A stretch of 64,000 nt of DNA from Deinococcales bacterium (lineage in GTDB: Bacteria; Deinococcota; Deinococci; Deinococcales; JAAFIG01). The stretch lies in contig JANYHH010000077.1 in the NCBI GenBank assembly GCA_025359505.1, positions 64,784 to 128,783 of the forward strand. Direction: 5' to 3'. How positions within the stretch are numbered: position 1 is the stretch's first letter; each line of letters opens with the position of its first letter. The notes under the pieces were generated by a model. It had not been told where the DNA came from. It saw only the letters and a program-made list of their open reading frames with translations, and did no database searches. A program made the translations under genes and the position numbers. Shown here one piece after another: positions 1 to 7,140 of this stretch.

Positions 1-2
1 GG

Positions 3-707
3 TTGATTACAGAACTGCTGTATGAACTCAAAAGTGGCAAGGAAGCCACCGTCTACGTCGCACAAGGCAACGAGGGCTTGGTCGCCGTCAAACTCTACGT
101 GGACTCGAGGGTGCGGAGTTTCAAAAACGACGCGATTTACCGCGAGGGCAGATTCATCGCCGATGGACGGATGAAAAAAGCGATTGACCAGCGCAGCGAC
201 ACGGGGGTCAGCGCCCAGAATTACCTCTGGGTCGGCGAGGAGTTCTCGCAGCTCCACGCGCTTTACAACGCTGGATTACGCAGCCCCAAACCGCTGGCGC
301 ACGAGGGCGGCGTGATCCTGATGGAGTTCGTCGGTGACGAATCCGGCGCAGCCCCAAGGGTCGCCGACGCACGCTTAACTCCGAGCGAAGCCGAGATCGC
401 CTTCGACCAGTCGCTCGAGCAATACGCGATCATGCTCAGCATCGGACGGGTTCACGGCGATTACAGCACCTTCAATTTGTTGTGGTGGAACGGGCAATGC
501 GTGGTGATCGACTTCCCACAGGTCATCAAAGTCAAAGAGAACCCGAGCGCCAGCGGCATTTTGGAGCGCGACATTCAAGGGCTGTGCCGCACGTTCAGGA
601 CGTTTGGGATCAAGAAGGACTGGGTAGCGGCATTGGCGACGATCAAAGCCAAAGCTCGAGCCTTGCAAACGACCATGTTGCCCGAGGAATTGGAGCAGAT
701 TCTGTGA
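3..707 (+). CDS. RIO-type serine protein kinase (5' end cut by window edge)
   Basis: ORF runs from the window edge. LKSGKEATVY...VAVKLY nucleotide-binding region and an HGDYSTFNLLW catalytic-loop-like segment are typical of the RIO1 family. Confidence 0.75.
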   Translation: MITELLYELKSGKEATVYVAQGNEGLVAVKLYVDSRVRSFKNDAIYREGRFIADGRMKKAIDQRSDTGVSAQNYLWVGEEFSQLHALYNAGLRSPKPLAHEGGVILMEFVGDESGAAPRVADARLTPSEAEIAFDQSLEQYAIMLSIGRVHGDYSTFNLLWWNGQCVVIDFPQVIKVKENPSASGILERDIQGLCRTFRTFGIKKDWVAALATIKAKARALQTTMLPEELEQIL

Positions 708-1624
708 GGCTCGAGTCCACGGAGTCCATTAGCGTTAGGCTAGCTCGAGCCGAGGACTACGAAGCCATCGCAGCGCTGCACAACGCAGATAACGAACCTC
801 ACTTTCAGGCTTCGTTGGAACAGTTGCAGAAGTCCGACACCAAGAACACGAGTGGCGGGCGCACCGTGGCAATCCAAAACGGACGCGTGGTTGGAACTTT
901 GGAGTTTTGGCTCTGGGCGGAAGTCGAAGCCTACCGGATCGGCATTCACACCGTTCAAGGCGCGATTGGTGCGAACGCAGCCACGCAATTGATAGTTGAT
1001 CTCGAGCGCCGCATAACCAACGCCAAGCGACTGCTGGCCACGGTTCGGAGCGACTTCCTCAGCGGCGCTCAGCACCTGCAATCTGGCTTCAGCGAAGTCT
1101 TCCGGTCGTTCGGGGCGAATCTCGAGCTGGCGAACTTTGACAGCGGGCGTGTCAGTCACCTCGAGACCGATTTGCTCGAGCAAGGTATCCGAATTATTCC
1201 CCGTAGCGAATGGCTTGCGCCCGATGCAGACGCGCAACTCGAGGCGATTCAGCTCGAGGACAACGCGGACATCCCCAGTTACGAACCGGTCGTGACGAAC
1301 GAAATGGATTTCAAAACCCGTAAGTTGCTCGAGCCGTTCTGGGTGGCGCTGTCTGGCGACGAGTGCGTCGGTTTCGTCAGCTTGGACGGCAAGCCCGATC
1401 AGCCCGTGATTCACTTCGACTCCTCGGCGGTCTCGAGGTCGCAGCGCAATCGAGGGATCGGACTGGCGCTGGCCGCTCGAGCGGTCGCGTGGGCGAAAAC
1501 GCAAGGGTTTGCTGAAGTCAACGACGGCGGCGCAAAATCGAATCCCGCACACATCAAGATTCTGGAGCGTTTAGGGTTTGAACTCGAGCCAGACTGGGTG
1601 ACTTATGAAAAAGTCCTTGGATGA
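704..1624 (+). CDS. GNAT family N-acetyltransferase (two-domain)
   Basis: GTG at 704 overlaps the upstream stop as GTGA. The C-terminal RSQRNRGIGLALAARAVAWAKTQGF matches the GNAT acetyl-CoA motif A. I trimmed the 482 ORF because its first part lies out of frame inside the kinase gene. Confidence 0.8.
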   Translation: MRLESTESISVRLARAEDYEAIAALHNADNEPHFQASLEQLQKSDTKNTSGGRTVAIQNGRVVGTLEFWLWAEVEAYRIGIHTVQGAIGANAATQLIVDLERRITNAKRLLATVRSDFLSGAQHLQSGFSEVFRSFGANLELANFDSGRVSHLETDLLEQGIRIIPRSEWLAPDADAQLEAIQLEDNADIPSYEPVVTNEMDFKTRKLLEPFWVALSGDECVGFVSLDGKPDQPVIHFDSSAVSRSQRNRGIGLALAARAVAWAKTQGFAEVNDGGAKSNPAHIKILERLGFELEPDWVTYEKVLG

Positions 1625-1660
1625 ACCCTCGCAACAAGACGCACTGCCGCAATACGCATT
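1570..1660 (+). repeat. junction repeat A1 (GNAT 3' end plus nucleotidyltransferase 5' start)
   Basis: The 33-nt core 1583-1615 (ctcgagccagactgggtgacttatgaaaaagtc) is identical to 2445-2477. Flanks are degenerate but alignable. Confidence 0.9.
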
Positions 1661-2486
1661 CGCAGACCGATTAGCAACTGCGCTCAGTCTGGACTCGAGG
1701 GTGCGAGCGGTCTGGCTCGAGGGTAGCTTGGGACGTGGGCAGGGCGACCGGCACTCAGACGTGGATTTGCACGTTGCACTCAAAGCCGAAGATTTGCCCG
1801 AGTTTCGCACGGGATTCGAGACGACCCTGAATCGCGTGGGACGCGTGCTGAGACACCACGTACTGTTCGGTGGAACGATGGTCGGCACGTTACTGTTAAA
1901 CAAAGACGATCAACTGATCGCGCTCCAAACTTGGCTCAGCGACGCATCAAGCCTCGAGATCAACGAAAGACGCGCTCGTGTGCTGTATGACGCTGACCAG
2001 ACCGTGCGACTCGTCCCCGGGAGCGCCACCAAACCGGATGAAATTCGGCAATCGTTGCACGTGGAAATCACTTATTTCTGGACTTTGTTTTCGACGCTCC
2101 CCGCGATTGAGCGTGGCGAATTGCTGTCCACCGCGCATCGCGTACACCTTTTAGCAAATCAGGTCATCCTCGTGGCTTCGCTCGGGCGAGGCAGAACTCG
2201 AGATGTGGGCGATTGGCGGTTGAACGAACTGCTGTCCGAGCATGAACGCCGACATCTCGAGCAAATCGTGCATCTGCCAGAGCTTTCGCAGCCCGCGATT
2301 ATCGCCGCGCATTACAGACTCGCCGCTTTCATGCGCGAAATTGGACAAGCAGCCAGCAGCGCTTGGCAAGGCGAGTATCCCGCAACGCTCGAGCGTGCGG
2401 TGATGACGCACGTATCCAGGGATTTAGAGCGGATGGGGTTCGCACTCGAGCCAGACTGGGTGACTTATGAAAAAGTCATCAAATGA
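1605..2486 (+). CDS. nucleotidyltransferase domain protein (Pol-beta superfamily, aminoglycoside-NT-like)
   Basis: GSLGRGQGDRHSDVDLHV matches the G[SG]-x-D-x-D nucleotidyltransferase motif. The C-terminal 19 aa copy the upstream GNAT C-terminus (see repeats). Confidence 0.7.
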   Translation: MKKSLDEPSQQDALPQYAFADRLATALSLDSRVRAVWLEGSLGRGQGDRHSDVDLHVALKAEDLPEFRTGFETTLNRVGRVLRHHVLFGGTMVGTLLLNKDDQLIALQTWLSDASSLEINERRARVLYDADQTVRLVPGSATKPDEIRQSLHVEITYFWTLFSTLPAIERGELLSTAHRVHLLANQVILVASLGRGRTRDVGDWRLNELLSEHERRHLEQIVHLPELSQPAIIAAHYRLAAFMREIGQAASSAWQGEYPATLERAVMTHVSRDLERMGFALEPDWVTYEKVIK

Positions 2487-2522
2487 AACCTCTCAAAATG
2501 TTGCTGCCCGAAAGACTCGAGC
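2432..2522 (+). repeat. junction repeat A2 (second copy, at nucleotidyltransferase 3' end)
   Basis: Perfect 33-nt match to A1. The following ATGAAAAAGTCATCAAATGAAACCTCTCAA resembles the NT gene start ATGAAAAAGTCCTTGGATGAACCCTCGCAA. Confidence 0.9.
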
Positions 2523-2578
2523 GGATTTTGTGAGTTCGCAAGATGTAAGTTTCAGTGTGAAAGGAGTACATTTTCACC

Positions 2579-2803
2579 ATGAGCCAACTTGAACTTGAAA
2601 AAGCATTGTTCGATTTACCGCGTGAGGCCCGCGCCGAACTCGCCCATCGCCTGATCTCGAGCCTTTCAGAGCCGAGCGAAGCAGAGTCTGATGCGTTGGT
2701 GGCGCGGGTTGCGTTGAAACGATTCGAGGAAATTAAATCAGGAAAAGTTCAAGGTATTTCGGGAGAGGAAGCGTTACAGCGTGCCAAACAAGCGCTACCG
2801 TGA
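2579..2803 (+). CDS. putative addiction-module antitoxin component
   Basis: 74-aa acidic protein with GGAG-like RBS upstream. Its N-terminus LELEKALFDLPREARAELAHRLISSL resembles the putative addiction module component family. It overlaps the downstream toxin gene. Confidence 0.6.
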   Translation: MSQLELEKALFDLPREARAELAHRLISSLSEPSEAESDALVARVALKRFEEIKSGKVQGISGEEALQRAKQALP

Positions 2804-3095
2804 CACTTTTCACCCAGAGGCATTGGAAGAACTGATCCAAACCGAGTTGTACTACGCGGATGTTTCACCGTCATTGGCGAGTGATTTCTTCAACGAGATT
2901 GAATCAGCGCTCGAGTACCTACGTGAATTTGCCGACGCTGGACAAATCATTCATTCGCGCAACGTGCGAAAATCGTCACTGAAACGCTTTCCCTACAACG
3001 TTGTTTATGTACTCGAGAACGATGAAATTTTCATCCTCGCTGTCGCGCATCAGCGCAGTCAACCGCTGTATTGGTTCAGAAGATTGAGCAACTAA
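2781..3095 (+). CDS. RelE/ParE family toxin
   Basis: 104 aa with a GTG start overlapping the antitoxin. The FPYNVVYVLENDEIFILAVAHQRSQP C-terminal pattern is typical of ParE/RelE plasmid-stabilisation toxins. Confidence 0.7.
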   Translation: MPNKRYRDTFHPEALEELIQTELYYADVSPSLASDFFNEIESALEYLREFADAGQIIHSRNVRKSSLKRFPYNVVYVLENDEIFILAVAHQRSQPLYWFRRLSN

Positions 3096-3096
3096 G

Positions 3097-3609
3097 GTGT
3101 CCAGAATCATTTACCGCTTGAAGTCTTTCACTTCACTGTGCTCGCTTGCACTGGCAATGTTGATGATCGCCCCTCTCGCCATCTCTCGAGCGAGTGGCGG
3201 CAATCTCGAGTCGAGCGTCTTTGACCATCCCTACTTCAAGGGTCGCACCGTGCCGTGTCTGACGGCGTATTTGAATACGATGCAACCCAAACTGACTGGC
3301 TCGAGAACGTTTTTCATTTCGACCGTGCAAATGTTTGAAGCCGGTTCAGCCAACGCAAACGTCTTTGACCCGTCCAGAAACCACATCATGCTGTGGGAGC
3401 CGTACAGCAGTCCAGCGTGCGACGACCTGCGCCACTCGAGGCGCGATTGGGATTTGCAGCGCGACGTGCGCGACGACACTCGGGGCAGCACCTACCTGTT
3501 GGGGCGGCTCGAGGCGAAGTCGTTGAAGGCGCGGTGTCTGGCTGGGGATCACGTGACGATCAGGTTGAAGGCGGGGCGCTTCGTCAACGCTAAAATCGAA
3601 CGTCGCTAG
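3097..3609 (+). CDS. hypothetical secreted protein
   Basis: 170-aa ORF with a hydrophobic N-terminus (LCSLALAMLMIAPLAISRASG). No recognisable domain. Confidence 0.4.
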   Translation: MSRIIYRLKSFTSLCSLALAMLMIAPLAISRASGGNLESSVFDHPYFKGRTVPCLTAYLNTMQPKLTGSRTFFISTVQMFEAGSANANVFDPSRNHIMLWEPYSSPACDDLRHSRRDWDLQRDVRDDTRGSTYLLGRLEAKSLKARCLAGDHVTIRLKAGRFVNAKIERR

Positions 3610-4158
3610 TTAAGTTGCCAGTATCCCCGCGTAAATCCCCTCGAGCGTCAGGGTCGCCCCAATGCATGGCACATCGAACGATCCCGTCCCCTCGAGCAAA
3701 GAAAAGCGCCATTCCGCCCCGTCCCTCGCGTAAACCATCACGAAAGCGCGATCTTGGCGCAGCAGCACGTAGCGTTGCACCGACGGAATTTTCAGGTACT
3801 CCTCGAGCTTTTCTCTAACATCCACGTCTTCGGTGCTGTCCGACAGCACTTCAAACACCGCGCAAGGCGCTTGGATCATGTATTCGTCGGCATCGTCCTC
3901 GCAAGTCACCACCACATCCGGGTAGCGATAGCGGTCATTTGGCACGCGCATTTTGACGACGGTGAAGAACACGTCGCAACCTCGTGCCTCTGCTGCTTGG
4001 TCGAGCAGTCGCACCAGTCGCCCAACCAGCCGATTATGCGTTTTCGTTTCGCCTTTCATCGCGTGCATCACGCCATCAACGAACTCGTGTCGCTCTAGCG
4101 CTAACTTCTCAGCTCCGAGATACTGCTCTGGCATCATCCGCACGTCTGACATCATCAA
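3610..4158 (-). CDS. Uma2 family endonuclease (DUF820)
   Basis: HEFVDGVMHAMKGETKTHNRLVGRL...RYPDVVVTC...APCAVFEVLSDST...EKLEEY matches the PD-(D/E)xK Uma2 pattern. Confidence 0.8.
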   Translation of the reverse strand: MMMSDVRMMPEQYLGAEKLALERHEFVDGVMHAMKGETKTHNRLVGRLVRLLDQAAEARGCDVFFTVVKMRVPNDRYRYPDVVVTCEDDADEYMIQAPCAVFEVLSDSTEDVDVREKLEEYLKIPSVQRYVLLRQDRAFVMVYARDGAEWRFSLLEGTGSFDVPCIGATLTLEGIYAGILAT

Positions 4159-4182
4159 AGCTTAGCAAAACAGGAGCCATTC

Positions 4183-4665
4183 ATGAGTCTTCAATTCAAA
4201 CCAATGAGCCACATCCCCATCCCAGACTGGCTCGAGTTGCTGAACCATCCGCTCGTCAAGCGCCACATGCCGCTCGCGACCGAGGATTTCACCGTGTCGT
4301 CGTGCCAAAGCTGGATCGAAGGTAAGGAGCGGTTGTGGCAAACGCACGGGCATGGCCCACAAGCGATTGTGCATCAGGACGAGTTCGTTGGCTGGGGCGG
4401 CTTTCAGCCTGACGGGGACGACATCGACTTGGGACTGGTCTTGCATCCGCAGCACTGGGGGCTGGGCATTACGCTTTTCAAAGCTTTCCTGCGCCAAGGG
4501 TTCGAGACGCACCGTTTTCGCAGCATCGTGATCGCATTGCCAGAATCGCGCACGCGCACGCGGGCACTCTCGAGAATTGGGTTTCAGCGCGACGGCGATT
4601 ACGACGTGGGCAACGTTTTATTTCATCGCTGGCGGCTCGAGAACACAAGCGCTCGTGACCTATGA
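4183..4665 (+). CDS. GNAT family N-acetyltransferase
   Basis: 160 aa with HPQHWGLGITLFKAFLRQGF (motif A-like) and a RimJ/L-like C-terminus RIGFQRDGDYD. Confidence 0.8.
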   Translation: MSLQFKPMSHIPIPDWLELLNHPLVKRHMPLATEDFTVSSCQSWIEGKERLWQTHGHGPQAIVHQDEFVGWGGFQPDGDDIDLGLVLHPQHWGLGITLFKAFLRQGFETHRFRSIVIALPESRTRTRALSRIGFQRDGDYDVGNVLFHRWRLENTSARDL

Positions 4666-4762
4666 CGCGTGTTGCAGTGCGCCCCGAATCTCGAGCAAAC
4701 TTTTCGCAATCATTCCGACCACTGCCAACACCAAAAACAAGGAGCTATTGATGAACATCCAA
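4578..4762 (+). repeat. junction repeat B1 (GNAT 3' end, spacer, DinB RBS and start)
   Basis: It aligns with 6705-6855 at roughly 80% identity by eye, with one internal gap of about 30 nt. Confidence 0.75.
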
Positions 4763-5275
4763 ACGTATTACACGTACCTAACTCGAGCCAGACGCGACTT
4801 ATGGGCATTCCTCGAGACCTTACCCGACGAAGTGCTGTCAAAGTCCATGATTCCGGCAGAGCGGATGCATTCCATGAAAGACCTCGTGTTGCACATCGCT
4901 GTCGTAGAAGACTCGTGGTTGCACGAGGACATCCTGCGCGACCAACCCGTCTGGGAGCGCACGTCTGGCTTTCCACAAGAATTTGAAGAGCGGTATCACG
5001 AGGCCAAACCGCTCGAGTGGCTGCTCGAGTATTGGCGGGCGGTTGAGGCGAGTACGCTCGAGTATCTGAAAACCGTGACCGACGCGGAACTCACGCAACG
5101 CGTGAGCGTGATGGGTTCCACGGACGATGTGACGTTCAGCGCCAGCGATGTGCTGTGGCACGTCGCACAGCACGAAACGCGCCACACCGCGCAGCTCGCG
5201 CTGCTGGGACGACTGGCAGGGCATACACCGCCGCAGCTTGACCTCATCAAATACCTGAGGAGCGATCATGTCTGA
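4751..5275 (+). CDS. DinB family protein
   Basis: ATG at 4751 follows an AAGGAG RBS (4738-4743). DLVLHIAVVEDSW...HVAQHETRHTAQL is the DinB/YfiT-type His triad pattern. The 4577 start was rejected because it overlaps the GNAT gene. Confidence 0.8.
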   Translation: MNIQTYYTYLTRARRDLWAFLETLPDEVLSKSMIPAERMHSMKDLVLHIAVVEDSWLHEDILRDQPVWERTSGFPQEFEERYHEAKPLEWLLEYWRAVEASTLEYLKTVTDAELTQRVSVMGSTDDVTFSASDVLWHVAQHETRHTAQLALLGRLAGHTPPQLDLIKYLRSDHV

Positions 5276-5723
5276 ACCTACCGAAACCGTGAAATCCAAC
5301 TTGCTCGAGTTGCTCGAGGAAACCTTTGAAACCCCACGAGGGATTTACTTGGATCGTTCCAAAGGCGGGTTGTTCACGACGCTCGAGGGGATCAGTAGCG
5401 ATACCGCTTCAAGCGAGTCTGGGGCGCAGCGCAGCATCGCGGCGCATGCGGAGCACCTGCGGGTGTACGTCGCGGCGCTACACGGGTACATGAATGGCGC
5501 GACGGGCAAGACCGATTGGGAGGCGAGTTGGGCGACGCACAAAGTCTCGAGCCTCGAGTGGGAGATGTTGCGAGCGGCACTACAACGCGATTATCTGGCG
5601 CTCAAAGCTGACCTCGAGCAGATTCCCAATGGTGACTTGCGCTTGGCGGAGGGAATGGCGATTTTGGCGCATACGGCGTATCACTTCGGCGCGATTCGGC
5701 AATTGCTGTTGGGGATCGAGTGA
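5268..5723 (+). CDS. DinB superfamily protein
   Basis: 151 aa with IAAHAEHLRVY...ILAHTAYHFGAIRQL His-containing helices. The start overlaps the upstream stop (ATGTCTGA). Confidence 0.6.
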   Translation: MSEPTETVKSNLLELLEETFETPRGIYLDRSKGGLFTTLEGISSDTASSESGAQRSIAAHAEHLRVYVAALHGYMNGATGKTDWEASWATHKVSSLEWEMLRAALQRDYLALKADLEQIPNGDLRLAEGMAILAHTAYHFGAIRQLLLGIE

Positions 5724-6422
5724 CTGCGCTCAAGTGGCTCGAGTTGCAGTTTGAAACCTTGTACGTCAGCGACGATCTCGGACGATTGCGGTTCATCCGC
5801 GAGCCGGGGTACGAGGAATCCGAGTTGGACGCCGCGCCACGCTTCTGGATGGATCGCTCCAAGCAAGGCAACATCTGGCGATTTCGGAATGACTTGCCCG
5901 CAGACGTGATGCTCGAGCTGGACGGGCTGTGCCGGGCTGAATCGGTCGTAGCGAATTGGCAGGTTGAGGCTCGGCAGGCGGTAGCAATTCGCACGGTGCT
6001 CGAGCGGCACGCGCCGATCACTGCGGAGGAGCGTGGGCCCGCGTACACCATTCCCGAGACCGCCAACGCAACTTTAAACACGGTGATCGTGACCGAAGCA
6101 AACGCGGCTGTGCTCGAGCAGCATTTCGCGTGGAAGCTAACCTCGAGAAACAGTTTCAGGTCGTCACTGCTCGCGGCGACCGTCGTCGACGGCGACGCAG
6201 TGGCAATCTGCTATTGCTTGCGCCCGCCTGACTTCGAAGGCTGCCGAAGCGGGCGTGGAGACCGTAGAGCTGGCTCGAGGCCGCGGTTACGCGGTGGCGG
6301 CGTGGGCGGCAGCGATTCGCGCCATTGGTCTAGAGCCTCTGTACAGCACGTCTTGGCAGAATACGGCGTCGCAGCGCGTGGCGCAAAAAATTGAGGCGGC
6401 GCAGGACGGTGAAGACTGGTAG
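5720..6422 (+). pseudogene. GNAT-like acetyltransferase with apparent +1 frameshift near 6215-6222
   Basis: After AICYC the annotated frame becomes Arg/Gly-rich nonsense. The +1 frame reads ARLTSKAAEAGVETVELARGRGYAVAAWAAAIRAIGLEPLYSTSWQNTASQRVAQKIE, a normal GNAT C-terminus ending at TAG 6420-6422. Confidence 0.55.
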
Positions 6423-6530
6423 ATCGTATAGCTCGATGAGTACGCATCCATGCACGACACCCAGCGCCTCGGCAATCAGCGACACCAGCCAGATTGCGGA
6501 TTGAATCCAACCTGCTCGAGAATCGGGGGC

Positions 6531-6792
6531 ATGTCCGATCCAGTGATCCGCGCCGCCAGCTTTCCTGATGAATTTGAATCGATTGTCGTGGTGCTGAACG
6601 TCGTCTGTCCGCTGCATCCGCGCAGCGTTAAAGAATTGCAGCACGACTGGTTCCATCTAGAGCCGGATTTGAAACCGCATTTCGCGGTCGCTGAACTGGC
6701 GGGTCGGGTTTCAGCGCGATGGCGATCACGACTTGCGCGGCGTGCTATTTCCTTGCTGGCAGCTCAAGAACCCAAGCGCTGGTGATGAGTGA
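6531..6792 (+). pseudogene. internally deleted, frameshifted GNAT remnant
   Basis: A GNAT-like N-terminus (VIRAASFPDEFESIVVVLN) is joined, in a different frame, to VGFQRDGDHDLRGVLFPCWQLKNPSAGDE. That tail is about 80% identical in nucleotide sequence to the 3' end of the 4183-4665 GNAT. Confidence 0.45.
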
Positions 6793-6855
6793 GTCGTGTT
6801 CCGGTTCACCCTGAAGTCTCGAGACACCGCTTTGGAGCTATTCATGAACATTTGA
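6705..6855 (+). repeat. junction repeat B2 (decayed copy; DinB start truncated to ATG AAC ATT TGA)
   Basis: gggtttcagcgcgatggcgatcacgac... and ggagctattcatgaacatt match B1's gggtttcagcgcgacggcgattacgac... and ggagctattgatgaacatc. Confidence 0.75.
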
Positions 6856-6995
6856 GCGGCGCAGCACTGGTCACATCTTTGCTCGATGTGCAATTTGAAA
6901 TGACGTGCTGGACGAGCGTGCACAGGGCTGCGTAACTCCAGAAAAGACTGAGAACTCACAAAACGCAGCGGTGCGACTCATGGAACATCGGTAAA

Positions 6996-7096
6996 TTTCA
7001 ATTACTGAGTTCAGTAACTTCAGGGTAAGAATTCGTCGCAATTCAGTGCGTCTGTGATGTAAGCGTGAGTTAACCGAATCATGCCGTTATCAGTAG
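6996..7096 (+). mobile_element. MITE-like / small noncoding repeat, copy 1
   Basis: About 100 nt, roughly four-fifths identical to the reverse complement of 30243-30347. End blocks are near-perfect (tactgagttcagtaacttcagg; aaccgaatcatgccgttatcagta). TACTGA/TCAGTA motifs sit at both ends. No coding capacity. Confidence 0.6.
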
Positions 7097-7140
7097 TTAC
7101 TAACTCTGATACGAAATCCAATCGATCTTTGGGAGTCGTC

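Noticed and set aside
740-1552. 270-aa minus-strand ORF
   Set aside because: It is entirely antisense to the well-supported GNAT gene and has an Arg/Pro-rich composition with no motifs. This is a typical high-GC shadow ORF.
7081-7140. ATG 7081 as start of the PA14 lipoprotein
   Set aside because: ATG 7141 gives a canonical signal peptide and lipobox immediately. ATG 7081 lies inside the MITE-like repeat, and the equivalent ATG in the other copy opens only a 12-codon ORF.
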